32,000 nt of DNA from Akkermansia muciniphila ATCC BAA-835 (GTDB lineage Bacteria > Verrucomicrobiota > Verrucomicrobiia > Verrucomicrobiales > Akkermansiaceae), in contig NC_010655.1 in NCBI RefSeq assembly GCF_000020225.1, positions 750,001-782,000 of the forward strand, read 5' to 3'. Positions 14,952 to 23,601 of the stretch are shown here, one piece after another; the stretch's first letter is position 1; each line of letters starts with the position of its first letter. The position numbers were made by a program, and so were the translations under genes. The notes under the pieces are model-generated. The model ran no database searches, was not told the DNA's origin, and was given only the letters and a program-made list of their open reading frames with translations.

Positions 14952-15296
14952 ATGAAAAGATTCAAACAGCGTTTCACCGGCCACCAGATCAGCGTGAGCA
15001 TGATCATGTGGCTCATTGCCTTCGCCGCCCTCACCTGCGGAGCGGGCATCACTTATGCCGTGCTGAAAAACGACCAGATCCAGGTCGCGCGCGACATCAA
15101 GCAAATGAACGAAGAGATCGCCTCCTGCGAACTCACAAAGGAATATTACCGTTCCAAGACTTCCTCCCTGACCAGCCGCTGGGCCATCCGCGACAGGCTG
15201 GCCCAGGACAAGTCCAACCTGCAGCCTATCGAGCCCTCAGCCGTAGAATACATTTCTTCCGAAAACGCCTCCCGCATCGCTGCGGCAGGCCATTAA
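14952..15296 (+). CDS. ftsL: Small bitopic cell-division protein, FtsL-like
   Basis: 114-aa ORF in the conserved position between rsmH and ftsI. It has one TM segment (ISVSMIMWLIAFAALTCGAGITYAVL) followed by a heptad-like region (IQVARDIKQMNEEIASCELTKEYYRSK). The call rests on position and architecture, not sequence identity. Confidence 0.6.
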   Translation: MKRFKQRFTGHQISVSMIMWLIAFAALTCGAGITYAVLKNDQIQVARDIKQMNEEIASCELTKEYYRSKTSSLTSRWAIRDRLAQDKSNLQPIEPSAVEYISSENASRIAAAGH

Positions 15297-15312
15297 CTGC
15301 GTTGAGCCGTTC

Positions 15313-17412
15313 ATGATCACGATCACGAAGTCCAGATTTGCCAGAAGAAGCCTCGTCCTGTGCGGCCTGGCGGGCGCGGCGGTCATCTGGCTGATGTTGT
15401 CGCTGGTCAATCTCCAGCTGGTTTCCCCCCGGAAAACGAGCGGCGTTTCCAGCGGCGGCATTATTGAACGGGAGGTTCTTTTGCCCCAGCGCGGCCGCAT
15501 CATGGACGCCAATGAGGAAATCCTCACCAGCAACATGCAGAGCTCCGAGCTGATTGCGGACGGCTATCATCTGAACGACCCCAAGACCATCAGCTGGGCT
15601 CTGGCCTATTCCAAGGCCGTCCATTCCCCGTTCTGGGAGAAAGCCGCAACGGATAAGGAAAAGGAAAAGCTCGTTTCCGGCTTCCGTAGCAAGATTCTGG
15701 GCCAGGCCGCCAGCAAAAAGGACGGCAGCAAGGAACATAATCTGGCGAAAATCCTGCTGGAAGAGCCTGAAGACGGACCGGAAGGGGTAGATATGGCCAG
15801 AAAAAAGCTGGAAGAGCTTTATGAGCCGGAGATGGTGAAAGAATACGTGCAGGCGCACCTGGAATACGCCGCCAAAGTGATTGCCCCTTTCCTGCCGGAC
15901 ATGAGCGTGCAGGACATCATCAACACGGTGGAAAAAGACGGGGCGATTCCCAAGAAGCGCATCGTCATTGCCAAAAACCTGTCCGAGGAAAAAGCGGAAC
16001 TGCTGCGGCAGGCTATCCAGAACGCCCGCGTCCAGGGGTTCCGTTTTGAGACCTCCTCCAAACGCGTCTATTCCGTGCCGGAATGCATGGTGCATATTCT
16101 GGGCTACATCGCCCAGACGAAGGACAGCGGCCCCCGGCCCATAGCCCTTTCCGGCCTTGAAAAGCAGCTGGACGACCAGCTGCTGGGCCACAACGGCATC
16201 AGGGAATACCGGAAAGACAGCCGCGGGCGCATCATTCCCTCCGCGGATTCCCGCTTCAAGGATGCCGTGGACGGGCTGAACGTGCGCCTGACGGTAAACA
16301 TGGAATACCAGACGATCGTGGAGGAGGAGCTGGACGCCGCCATCTCTTTTTACACGGACCAGACCCACAAACCCCGCGGCTGCATTATTGTGGTGGAACC
16401 CAAGACCGGCAGCATTCTGGCGATGGCCAGCCGGCCCCACTATAATTTAAATACGCGCGAGGGCCTTCAGGAAGGCGCCTACCATTTCGCCGTGCAGTCC
16501 CTGTACGAACCCGGTTCCACCTTTAAAATAGTTTCCGTCACATCCGCCGTGGACAGCGGAAAGGCCACGTTCGACACCATGATCAACTGCACCCCTTATC
16601 CGGTGCCCGGTTCCCGCCCCGTCACGGACGCCCCCCGTTCCTATGGCGGCCTGACCGTAGCGGGCGTGCTGAAAAAATCCAGCAACCCGGGCGCCTTCCG
16701 CATTGCACTGAAATCGGGTTGGCCCACGTATAAAAAATACTTTGACCTGTACGGATTTTCCTCCAAAACGGGTATCGACCTGCCGGGGGAAACCAACAGC
16801 CAGTGCCAGGACGGCAGCAATTTTGTCAACTTTTCCCGCATCAGCTTCGGCTACTCCCTGATGGTGTCCCCCCTGCAGGTCGCCATGGCTTATGCCGCCA
16901 TAGCCAATGACGGCGTGCGCATGCGCCCCCGGCTGGTTGACGGCATTTATGTGGATGACAGAAACTTCCAGCCTTCCCCCCCCGTGGAGGTATGCCGGGT
17001 CATGAGCGTCAAGACGGCCCGGGACCTTCGGAACGCCCTGTTCCACGTTACGGATCTGGACGGGACCGCCAAAAGAGCGCGGGTTGAAGGCTATAACGTG
17101 GGAGGCAAAACCGGAACCGCCCACAAGGTGAAGCCTACAGGCGGCTATTTTGAAAACCGCTACACCGTCTCCTTTGTAGGAATGCTCCCGGTGGAGGACC
17201 CGGCCTTCGTCTGCCTTGTCGTCATTGACGACCCCACTTCCAAGCATTGCCATCCCGGAGGCGGAACCGTATGCGCCCCGGTCTTCCAGAAACTGGCCAC
17301 CCGCCTGGCGGCCGCCATGAACATTCCTAAGAACGTCCCTTCCGCAGAGGCAAATAAAAAAGCCTCCCGTGCCCAGGCCTCTTCCACCCCATCCAAACCG
17401 CCGCGCAGATAA
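15313..17412 (+). CDS. ftsI: Peptidoglycan D,D-transpeptidase (class B PBP, FtsI/PBP3-type)
   Basis: It has an N-terminal TM segment and the three transpeptidase motifs: SxxK (EPGSTFKIV), SxN (KKSSNPG) and KTG (GGKTGTAH). Its position in the dcw cluster fits. Confidence 0.9.
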   Translation: MITITKSRFARRSLVLCGLAGAAVIWLMLSLVNLQLVSPRKTSGVSSGGIIEREVLLPQRGRIMDANEEILTSNMQSSELIADGYHLNDPKTISWALAYSKAVHSPFWEKAATDKEKEKLVSGFRSKILGQAASKKDGSKEHNLAKILLEEPEDGPEGVDMARKKLEELYEPEMVKEYVQAHLEYAAKVIAPFLPDMSVQDIINTVEKDGAIPKKRIVIAKNLSEEKAELLRQAIQNARVQGFRFETSSKRVYSVPECMVHILGYIAQTKDSGPRPIALSGLEKQLDDQLLGHNGIREYRKDSRGRIIPSADSRFKDAVDGLNVRLTVNMEYQTIVEEELDAAISFYTDQTHKPRGCIIVVEPKTGSILAMASRPHYNLNTREGLQEGAYHFAVQSLYEPGSTFKIVSVTSAVDSGKATFDTMINCTPYPVPGSRPVTDAPRSYGGLTVAGVLKKSSNPGAFRIALKSGWPTYKKYFDLYGFSSKTGIDLPGETNSQCQDGSNFVNFSRISFGYSLMVSPLQVAMAYAAIANDGVRMRPRLVDGIYVDDRNFQPSPPVEVCRVMSVKTARDLRNALFHVTDLDGTAKRARVEGYNVGGKTGTAHKVKPTGGYFENRYTVSFVGMLPVEDPAFVCLVVIDDPTSKHCHPGGGTVCAPVFQKLATRLAAAMNIPKNVPSAEANKKASRAQASSTPSKPPRR

Positions 17413-17419
17413 TCCCGTC

Positions 17420-18925
17420 ATGAAGCTACTTACCTTACTCAAAGACCTTCCCTCCCATACGCTCACCGGCTCCCCCCAGGTGAAAATCTCCCATCTGGAA
17501 TGCGACAGCCGGCGCATTCTGCCCGGTTCCTGCTACATTGCCCTGAAGGGAACCCGGGCGGACGGCCATGAATTCATCCCGGAGGCCATTCGCCGCGGAG
17601 CCTGCGCCGTCGTCGCGGAAATGCCCTGCACGCAGGAAGCCAGGGAAGCCGGAGTCAGCTGGGTGGAGGTGAACGACTCCCGCCTGGCCGTCAGCCTGAT
17701 GGGCGCGGCCTGGAACGGACGCCCTTCCCGCCACATGACCATGATCGGCGTGACGGGGACGAACGGAAAAACCACAACGGCCTACATCGCCCATTCCCTG
17801 CTCAAGCAGTCCTGGCTGCGCGCTGGATTGATCGGCACCATCGCCTATGACAACGGGGAGGAAATCACTCCTTCCACCCATACCACGCCCGGACCGCTGG
17901 AACTGGAACACCTGCTGAAGGAAATGTATGAAAACGGCTGCCGCGGCGTCTCCATGGAGGTCTCTTCCCACGCGCTGGACCAGGAACGCGTGGCCGGCAT
18001 CAATTTCAACGTGGGCATTTTCACCAATCTGACCCAGGACCACCTGGACTACCATCACACCATGGAGAATTATTTCCAGGCCAAGGCGAAATTGTTCGAA
18101 CAGATGGCACAGGACACCAAATCCCGGCGAAAACCCGTGGCCGTCATCAACATCGACGACGCTTACGGCCGCCGACTGGCGGAAATGTTTTCCGGCCGCA
18201 TGACCGTAAAGACCTACGGGTCCGCCCTGGGGGCGGATTTCCGCATGCTGGTGCACCACGCCACCGCCAAAGGCAGCGAGTACGAATTGGAATACAAGGG
18301 GAAAAGCTACCTGGTCCGTGTCCCCCTGATCGGCAAGTTCAACATGTACAACAGCCTGGCCGCGCTGGCCGCCGTCATTTGCGCCGGCATCCCCGTGCGG
18401 GACGCCATTGCGAACCTTCAGAATATTCCGCAGGTCCCCGGCAGGCTGGAACTGTTCACCCACCCCGGAGGCGCCCAGATTTTCATTGACTACGCCCACA
18501 CGCCGGACGCCCTGGAAAACGTCTGCAAGACGCTCAAGGAACTGTGCTCCCGCCGCCTGATTACCGTGTTCGGCTGCGGCGGGGACCGGGACAGGGGAAA
18601 ACGCCCCCTGATGGGAGCCGCTGCCGCGCGCCTGTCAGACGCCTGCATCGTCACCTCCGACAATCCCAGAAGCGAGGAACCCCTCTCCATCATCAGCCAG
18701 ATTGCGGCGGGCATGCCGGAAGGCAGATACGCCATCATCCCGGACCGGGCCAGAGCCATTGCCACGGCCATCGAGCAGGCCCGTCTGGGGGACATCGTCC
18801 TCATTGCGGGCAAGGGCCATGAAAATTACCAGGAACTTTCCACCGGCCGCATTGATTTCAGCGATGCCAAGGAAGTGCGCCGCAACATGTTCATCAAGGA
18901 ACGGGAAGAATTCCCCCAGGCATAA
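17420..18925 (+). CDS. murE: UDP-MurNAc-L-Ala-D-Glu:meso-diaminopimelate ligase
   Basis: The P-loop is GVTGTNGKTTT, with a Mur ligase central domain. The DNPR motif (TSDNPRSE) is diagnostic of meso-DAP-adding MurE. The start is trimmed to ATG 17420 (MKLLTLLKDL), 8 nt after the ftsI stop. Confidence 0.9.
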   Translation: MKLLTLLKDLPSHTLTGSPQVKISHLECDSRRILPGSCYIALKGTRADGHEFIPEAIRRGACAVVAEMPCTQEAREAGVSWVEVNDSRLAVSLMGAAWNGRPSRHMTMIGVTGTNGKTTTAYIAHSLLKQSWLRAGLIGTIAYDNGEEITPSTHTTPGPLELEHLLKEMYENGCRGVSMEVSSHALDQERVAGINFNVGIFTNLTQDHLDYHHTMENYFQAKAKLFEQMAQDTKSRRKPVAVINIDDAYGRRLAEMFSGRMTVKTYGSALGADFRMLVHHATAKGSEYELEYKGKSYLVRVPLIGKFNMYNSLAALAAVICAGIPVRDAIANLQNIPQVPGRLELFTHPGGAQIFIDYAHTPDALENVCKTLKELCSRRLITVFGCGGDRDRGKRPLMGAAAARLSDACIVTSDNPRSEEPLSIISQIAAGMPEGRYAIIPDRARAIATAIEQARLGDIVLIAGKGHENYQELSTGRIDFSDAKEVRRNMFIKEREEFPQA

Positions 18926-18947
18926 CACGTTATTCCGTCTTTCTTTC

Positions 18948-20321
18948 ATGATTTCCCTCACGGCACACGGCATCAGCAACGTCATCGGCGGAAAACTGGT
19001 CAGCGGCCCCTTCGACAGGGTCGCTTCCGGCGGCGTGTGCACGGACAGCCGCCATTTGCCGCCCCATGCCGTTTTCTTCGCGCTGGGGGGAGAAAAATTT
19101 GACGGAAACCTGTTTGCCCCGGAGGCATCCCGTACTGCGGCCGCCGTCGTCGTCAGCCGTGTGGAGGAAGGCATGGACCCCTCCTGCGCCGTCATTCTGG
19201 TGGAAGACACGCTGGAAGCCCTTCAGAAGCTGGCCTCCTGGTGGCGTTCAGAGCTTACCCTCACCGTCATCGGCCTGACCGGCTCCAACGGAAAAACCTC
19301 TACCAAGGATCTGACGGCCTCCGTTCTTTCACAGGGGTTCCGCACCATCGCCACGCAGGGCAACCTGAACAACCACATCGGCGTCCCCCTCAGCATCCTC
19401 CGGGCCACCCCGTCCGACGAAGCCGCCGTATGGGAAATGGGCATGAACCACTCCGGGGAACTGGCTCCCCTGTGTGAAATGACGCGCCCGAAAATCGGCA
19501 TCATCACCAGCATCGGCACCTCCCACATGGAATATCTGGGTTCGCGGGAAAACATCGCCCGGGAAAAATGCACGTTGGCACGCTGCCTGCCGGAAGACGG
19601 CTTCATGATTTTTCCGGCGGACTGCGATTATGCGGATATGATCCGTCAATCCACCCGCGCCGCCTGTATTGACTGCGGCATTGGCGCCGGAACCGTTCGC
19701 GCGGAAAATCCCGTCTCTACCGAGAACGGGACACGCTTCATCCTTTCCATCCCGGATTTCTGCCGGGAAGAGGTGGAATTGCCCGTCCACGGCCGGCACA
19801 TGGTAACCAATGCGCTTCTGGCCGCCGCCGCCGGCTGGGCGGCAGGTCTTGCGAAAGAGCAAATCGCCTCCGGCCTCAATCAGGCGCGGCTCACGGGCGG
19901 CAGGCTTCACTGCACCCGGATCAACGGCATTCTGGTAGTGGATGACACCTACAATGCCAACCCGGATTCCATGCAGGCCGCCCTGCATACCGTAGCGGGG
20001 CTTTCCTGCACCGGCAGACGCTTTGCGGTGCTGGGCAGAATGGGGGAACTGGGCGCGTTTTCCGAGGAAGGGCACGTTCTGGTGGGCCGCACGGCGGAAG
20101 AGCTCCGTCTTGACTGCGTCGTCAGCGTGGGAACGGATGCCGCCCGGATTACGGACGCTATTTCTCCGAACGCCTTCACTCAAAGCCTGCATTTCGGCTC
20201 TGCGGAGGAAGCGGCAGAATGGCTCCGCAGCCATACGGCGCCGGGAGACATCGTCCTCTTCAAAGGCAGCCGCCTCGCCCGGATGGAGCAAGTCATGAAC
20301 CTCACCTTTCCGCCACAGTAA
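18948..20321 (+). CDS. murF: UDP-MurNAc-tripeptide:D-Ala-D-Ala ligase
   Basis: Motifs read are VCTDSRHLPPHAVFFALGGEKFDGN, the P-loop GLTGSNGKTSTK, and DDTYNANPDSM. The start is trimmed to ATG 18948 (MISLTAHGI...). The upstream 82 codons of the track ORF overlap murE. Confidence 0.9.
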   Translation: MISLTAHGISNVIGGKLVSGPFDRVASGGVCTDSRHLPPHAVFFALGGEKFDGNLFAPEASRTAAAVVVSRVEEGMDPSCAVILVEDTLEALQKLASWWRSELTLTVIGLTGSNGKTSTKDLTASVLSQGFRTIATQGNLNNHIGVPLSILRATPSDEAAVWEMGMNHSGELAPLCEMTRPKIGIITSIGTSHMEYLGSRENIAREKCTLARCLPEDGFMIFPADCDYADMIRQSTRAACIDCGIGAGTVRAENPVSTENGTRFILSIPDFCREEVELPVHGRHMVTNALLAAAAGWAAGLAKEQIASGLNQARLTGGRLHCTRINGILVVDDTYNANPDSMQAALHTVAGLSCTGRRFAVLGRMGELGAFSEEGHVLVGRTAEELRLDCVVSVGTDAARITDAISPNAFTQSLHFGSAEEAAEWLRSHTAPGDIVLFKGSRLARMEQVMNLTFPPQ

Positions 20322-20326
20322 ATTTT

Positions 20327-21430
20327 ATGCATTCCGTTATTGAACAGTTCAGCCCCTCGGGGGCATTTGCAGAACCGGCAGGGAGGGCCCTCCTGGCCTG
20401 CCTGGTTTCCTTTGCCCTGACCATGATATTCGCCCCGCGGGTCATCCGGGCGCTGATTTCCCTGAAAATCGGCCAGCCCATCAGGACGGCAGAAGAGGTG
20501 CACAAGCTGGCGGAACTCCACGGGGCCAAGGCGGGAACGCCCACCATGGGCGGCGTGCTGATCGTAGGGTCCATGACGGCGGCTACCCTGTTGTGCGCCA
20601 GAATGGGCAATCCCTTTATCATTGCCTGCCTGATCGTCACCCTGGCGCTGGGCCTGCTGGGATTCCGGGACGATTACCTGAAGGTGGCGAAAAAAACCTC
20701 GGACGGCATTTCCGCACGTAAAAAACTCCTCGTCCAGTTCCTGGCCGGCCTGGCCGGCGTCACCTTCCTGTACCTGTACCCGGAAGGCAATCCCCGCGTG
20801 GAACTTCACGACTACATATCCTCCCTGTTCATTCCGTTCTATGGCCAGGTGAACCTGCCATGGTTCGTTTATATTCCTTTCGGCGTCGTGGTGGTCATGT
20901 CCGCCTCCAATGCGGTGAACCTGACAGACGGCCTGGACGGCCTCGCCTCCGGCTGCTCCGTCGCCACGGGCATTACTTACGCCATCATTGCCGTCCTCTG
21001 CGGAAGCTGGCTGACGGCTGATTCCCTGGATATTCCCTTCCACCCCGGCGCGGGAGAAATCAGCGTCTTCATGATGGCCCTGGTAGGGGCCTGTCTGGGC
21101 TTCCTCTGGCACAATTGCTACCCGGCCAGGGTATTTATGGGAGACACCGGCTCCCTGGCCCTGGGCGGAGCGTTCGGCATGGCTGCCGTCTGCACGGCGC
21201 AGGAGCTTCTCTTTATCGTCATCGGGGGCGTCTTCGTCATGGAGGCCGCGTCCGTCGTGCTGCAGGTAGGCAGCTACAAGCTGCGCCACGGCAAACGCAT
21301 CTTCGCCATGGCTCCCATCCACCACCATTTTGAACTCAAAGGCTGGAAGGAAACGCAGGTGATTGCCCGCTTCTGGATGATCAGCCTCCTGCTGGCTTTC
21401 CTGGGCCTTTTCCTGATTACCACCGCCTGA
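20327..21430 (+). CDS. mraY: Phospho-MurNAc-pentapeptide translocase
   Basis: Motifs read are KAGTPTMGGVLI, NAVNLTDGLDGLA, VFMGDTGSLALGG and APIHHHFELKGW. The start is trimmed to ATG 20327. Confidence 0.92.
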   Translation: MHSVIEQFSPSGAFAEPAGRALLACLVSFALTMIFAPRVIRALISLKIGQPIRTAEEVHKLAELHGAKAGTPTMGGVLIVGSMTAATLLCARMGNPFIIACLIVTLALGLLGFRDDYLKVAKKTSDGISARKKLLVQFLAGLAGVTFLYLYPEGNPRVELHDYISSLFIPFYGQVNLPWFVYIPFGVVVVMSASNAVNLTDGLDGLASGCSVATGITYAIIAVLCGSWLTADSLDIPFHPGAGEISVFMMALVGACLGFLWHNCYPARVFMGDTGSLALGGAFGMAAVCTAQELLFIVIGGVFVMEAASVVLQVGSYKLRHGKRIFAMAPIHHHFELKGWKETQVIARFWMISLLLAFLGLFLITTA

Positions 21431-21442
21431 CAAACCACGAAC

Positions 21443-22753
21443 ATGCAGCTCAATAACCTCAACATCGCCGTTCTGGGAGCGGGAAGAAGCGGACGCGCCG
21501 CGGCGCGCCTCGCCATAAAGCATGGCGCACGGGTATGCGTGTTTGACGCTTCCTCCTCCATTGACGGATGGCCGGAAGACATTCCCCTGCATACCGCTGC
21601 CACGGAGGAAGACGGACGCGCCTTTCATGCGGATATGGTGGTCATCTCCCCCGGCATTGAGACGGATAGCCCCTTTGTCAAATCCTTTGGACGGGAAGGC
21701 GTGGAAACCATCGGTGAAATGGAGCTGGCATGCCGCTTTTACCATGGCCGCATCATCGCCATCACCGGAACCAACGGCAAAACCACCACCACATCCCTGG
21801 TGGAAAAGATTTTGCTGCGCGCCGGAAAGACCGCCGTTGCCTGCGGCAATTACGGCGTGCCGGTAGCGGAAATCCTGCTCCGGGATTCCGTGCCGGACGT
21901 GCTGGCACTGGAGGTCAGCTCCTTCCAGTTGGAAACCATCCGCGATTTTCACCCGGATGTGGCCGTATGGCTCAATTTTGCGCCGGACCACATGGACCGC
22001 TACAAATCCGTGGAGGATTACCACCGCGCCAAACTCCATATCTTCGACAACCAGACGGAAAAAGACCTGGCCGTCGTTCGCTCTGGGGAACGGCTTCCGC
22101 ACCTGAAAGCCTCCGTGCTCACCTTCAGCCCGGAAGATCCGGCGGCTGATCTTTATTACCGCGGACCGTTGATCCTGGAGGGCGGCGCTCCCCTGCTGAA
22201 CCTGGAAGGGACCACCCTGAACCAGCGCCATAATGCGGAAAACGCCATGGCCGCCGTCCTGGCATGCCGCCACCTGGGCATTCCCGCAGAAACAGCCGCA
22301 GAAGTATTGAAGGAGTTCGCGCCCCCCGGCCACCGCTGCGAAACCGTCCGCACACTGGACGGCGTGCTGTGGCTGAACGATTCCAAAGCCACGAATCTGC
22401 ATGCGCTGGAAGCGGCTCTGAAATCACAACATTCCCCCGTCATCCTGATTGCCGGAGGCAAGGATAAAGGGCTGGATTACGTACCCCTGCGGCCCATGCT
22501 GAAAGAAAAAGTGCGCGCCTGCGTGGTATTCGGCCAGATTGCGGACCAGCTCCAGCACGCTTTTTCCCCTGCGGTCCCCACGGAAAAAGCCGCAGATGTA
22601 GAGGCCTGCGTGGCGAAAGCACGCTCTCTCGCCCGGCCGGGAGACACCGTCCTGTTCTCTCCCGGCACTTCTTCCTTTGACATGTTCACCGGTTATGTTC
22701 AGCGCGGCCAGGCCTTCAGGGACGCGGTGAACGCCCTTCCCCCCCTTTCCTGA
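21443..22753 (+). CDS. murD: UDP-MurNAc-L-Ala:D-Glu ligase
   Basis: It has the Rossmann opening IAVLGAGRSGRAAARL, the P-loop ITGTNGKTTTT, and DSKATN followed by LIAGGKDKG. Confidence 0.9.
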   Translation: MQLNNLNIAVLGAGRSGRAAARLAIKHGARVCVFDASSSIDGWPEDIPLHTAATEEDGRAFHADMVVISPGIETDSPFVKSFGREGVETIGEMELACRFYHGRIIAITGTNGKTTTTSLVEKILLRAGKTAVACGNYGVPVAEILLRDSVPDVLALEVSSFQLETIRDFHPDVAVWLNFAPDHMDRYKSVEDYHRAKLHIFDNQTEKDLAVVRSGERLPHLKASVLTFSPEDPAADLYYRGPLILEGGAPLLNLEGTTLNQRHNAENAMAAVLACRHLGIPAETAAEVLKEFAPPGHRCETVRTLDGVLWLNDSKATNLHALEAALKSQHSPVILIAGGKDKGLDYVPLRPMLKEKVRACVVFGQIADQLQHAFSPAVPTEKAADVEACVAKARSLARPGDTVLFSPGTSSFDMFTGYVQRGQAFRDAVNALPPLS

Positions 22754-22776
22754 CAATTCACCAGAAAACGACCATC

Positions 22777-23577
22777 ATGAAAACGACCAAGACACCTGAT
22801 CACAATCCGACCGGACGCACCCGTCCGAAACGCAAAATGGGCACCGTACTCCGCGCCAAACTCAGCAAATACCGCGCCCGCGTCTCCGAATTTGAAGATG
22901 ACGCGCCCAGCAGCACCGTCGTGCGCTGGCTCGTCGTCCTTCTTCTTCTTCACCTTCTCGTCATCGGCGGCGTTTACGTCCGCAGCACCTGGTTCAGAAA
23001 CACGGCGGAAACCGTAGAAATGGCAGCCGCCCTGCCCGCGCCGCCCACCGTCCCGCAACGCCCCGCTCCCGCAGCGCCCCCGGCCGCTCTGCCCCAGGTT
23101 CCCCAGGCCCCCCCCGCAGCCCCGGTCACCATCACGCAGCCGGAACAGGTAGTGGACGCTCGCCCCAACAGGCAGCCGGCCCCTGCGGTGGAGGAACACA
23201 TTCCGGATGCAGCCCCGGTGGCAGGTCCTGCGCGCCACATCGTGCGCACGGGAGATACCTGGGAACGCGTCGCGCGTGACAACCAGGTGGCCGTCAATGA
23301 CCTGAAAGCCGTCAATCCCAAAGTGCAGCGCCTTGTCAGCGGAAGCACGCTCGTCATTCCGGCCCGGCCAGGAGACAAATTTGAACCGGAAAAGTCCGCC
23401 GCGGAGGAATTGGAGCCGGAAGGCGTGCCCCACATTGTGAAGAAAGGGGAAACCCTCTCCGTAATCGCCCGCAAATACAAAATGAACTGGCGCACCCTTC
23501 AGAAATTCAACAAGATGAATGACCGGGACGTAGCGCGTCTCAAAATCGGGCAAAAAATCATGATCCCCAAAAAGTAG
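22777..23577 (+). CDS. Bitopic membrane protein with a Pro-rich linker and two C-terminal LysM domains
   Basis: 266-aa ORF. It has a basic N-terminus and a TM segment (VVRWLVVLLLLHLLVIGGVYV). A linker of about 65 aa is rich in P, A and Q (ALPAPPTVPQRPAPAAPPAALPQVPQAPPAAP...). LysM1 is HIVRTGDTWERVARDNQVAVNDLKAVNP...STLVIP. LysM2 is HIVKKGETLSVIARKYKMNWRTLQKFN...IGQKIMIP. Confidence 0.75.
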   Translation: MKTTKTPDHNPTGRTRPKRKMGTVLRAKLSKYRARVSEFEDDAPSSTVVRWLVVLLLLHLLVIGGVYVRSTWFRNTAETVEMAAALPAPPTVPQRPAPAAPPAALPQVPQAPPAAPVTITQPEQVVDARPNRQPAPAVEEHIPDAAPVAGPARHIVRTGDTWERVARDNQVAVNDLKAVNPKVQRLVSGSTLVIPARPGDKFEPEKSAAEELEPEGVPHIVKKGETLSVIARKYKMNWRTLQKFNKMNDRDVARLKIGQKIMIPKK

Positions 23578-23601
23578 GCCTCTTCCTGCCCTTCCGCCGC
23601 C

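Noticed and set aside
18702-18947. N-terminal extensions of ORF-track entries. The murF case is shown here. Others are 2329-2406, 7737-7835, 10314-10400, 11938-12054, 12887-12901, 17369-17419, 20219-20326 and 25774-25857.
   Set aside because: The extensions overlap the preceding gene or intergenic DNA and encode Pro/Arg-rich non-homologous sequence. Internal ATG or GTG codons reproduce the canonical family N-termini and typical operon spacing.
20180-22402. A 740-aa ORF on the minus strand, the longest antisense ORF in the window.
   Set aside because: It lies exactly antisense to the unambiguous mraY and murD genes. Its translation is low-complexity (rich in G, R, A, H and Q) with no recognisable motifs. 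Long stop-free antisense frames are expected opposite GC3-rich genes because TTA, CTA and TCA codons are rare in the sense frame.
23108-23115. A C8 homopolymer in the Pro-rich linker of the LysM gene, a G8 run in ftsW (24302-24309) and a G7 run in murG (24802-24808), considered as possible phase-variation tracts.
   Set aside because: They encode Pro-Pro or Gly-Gly in GC-rich genes. Two of them sit in essential genes, where on/off switching is implausible. Runs of this length are expected from composition. Unlike the A8 tract at 4163-4170, a frameshift here produces no sensible alternative product.
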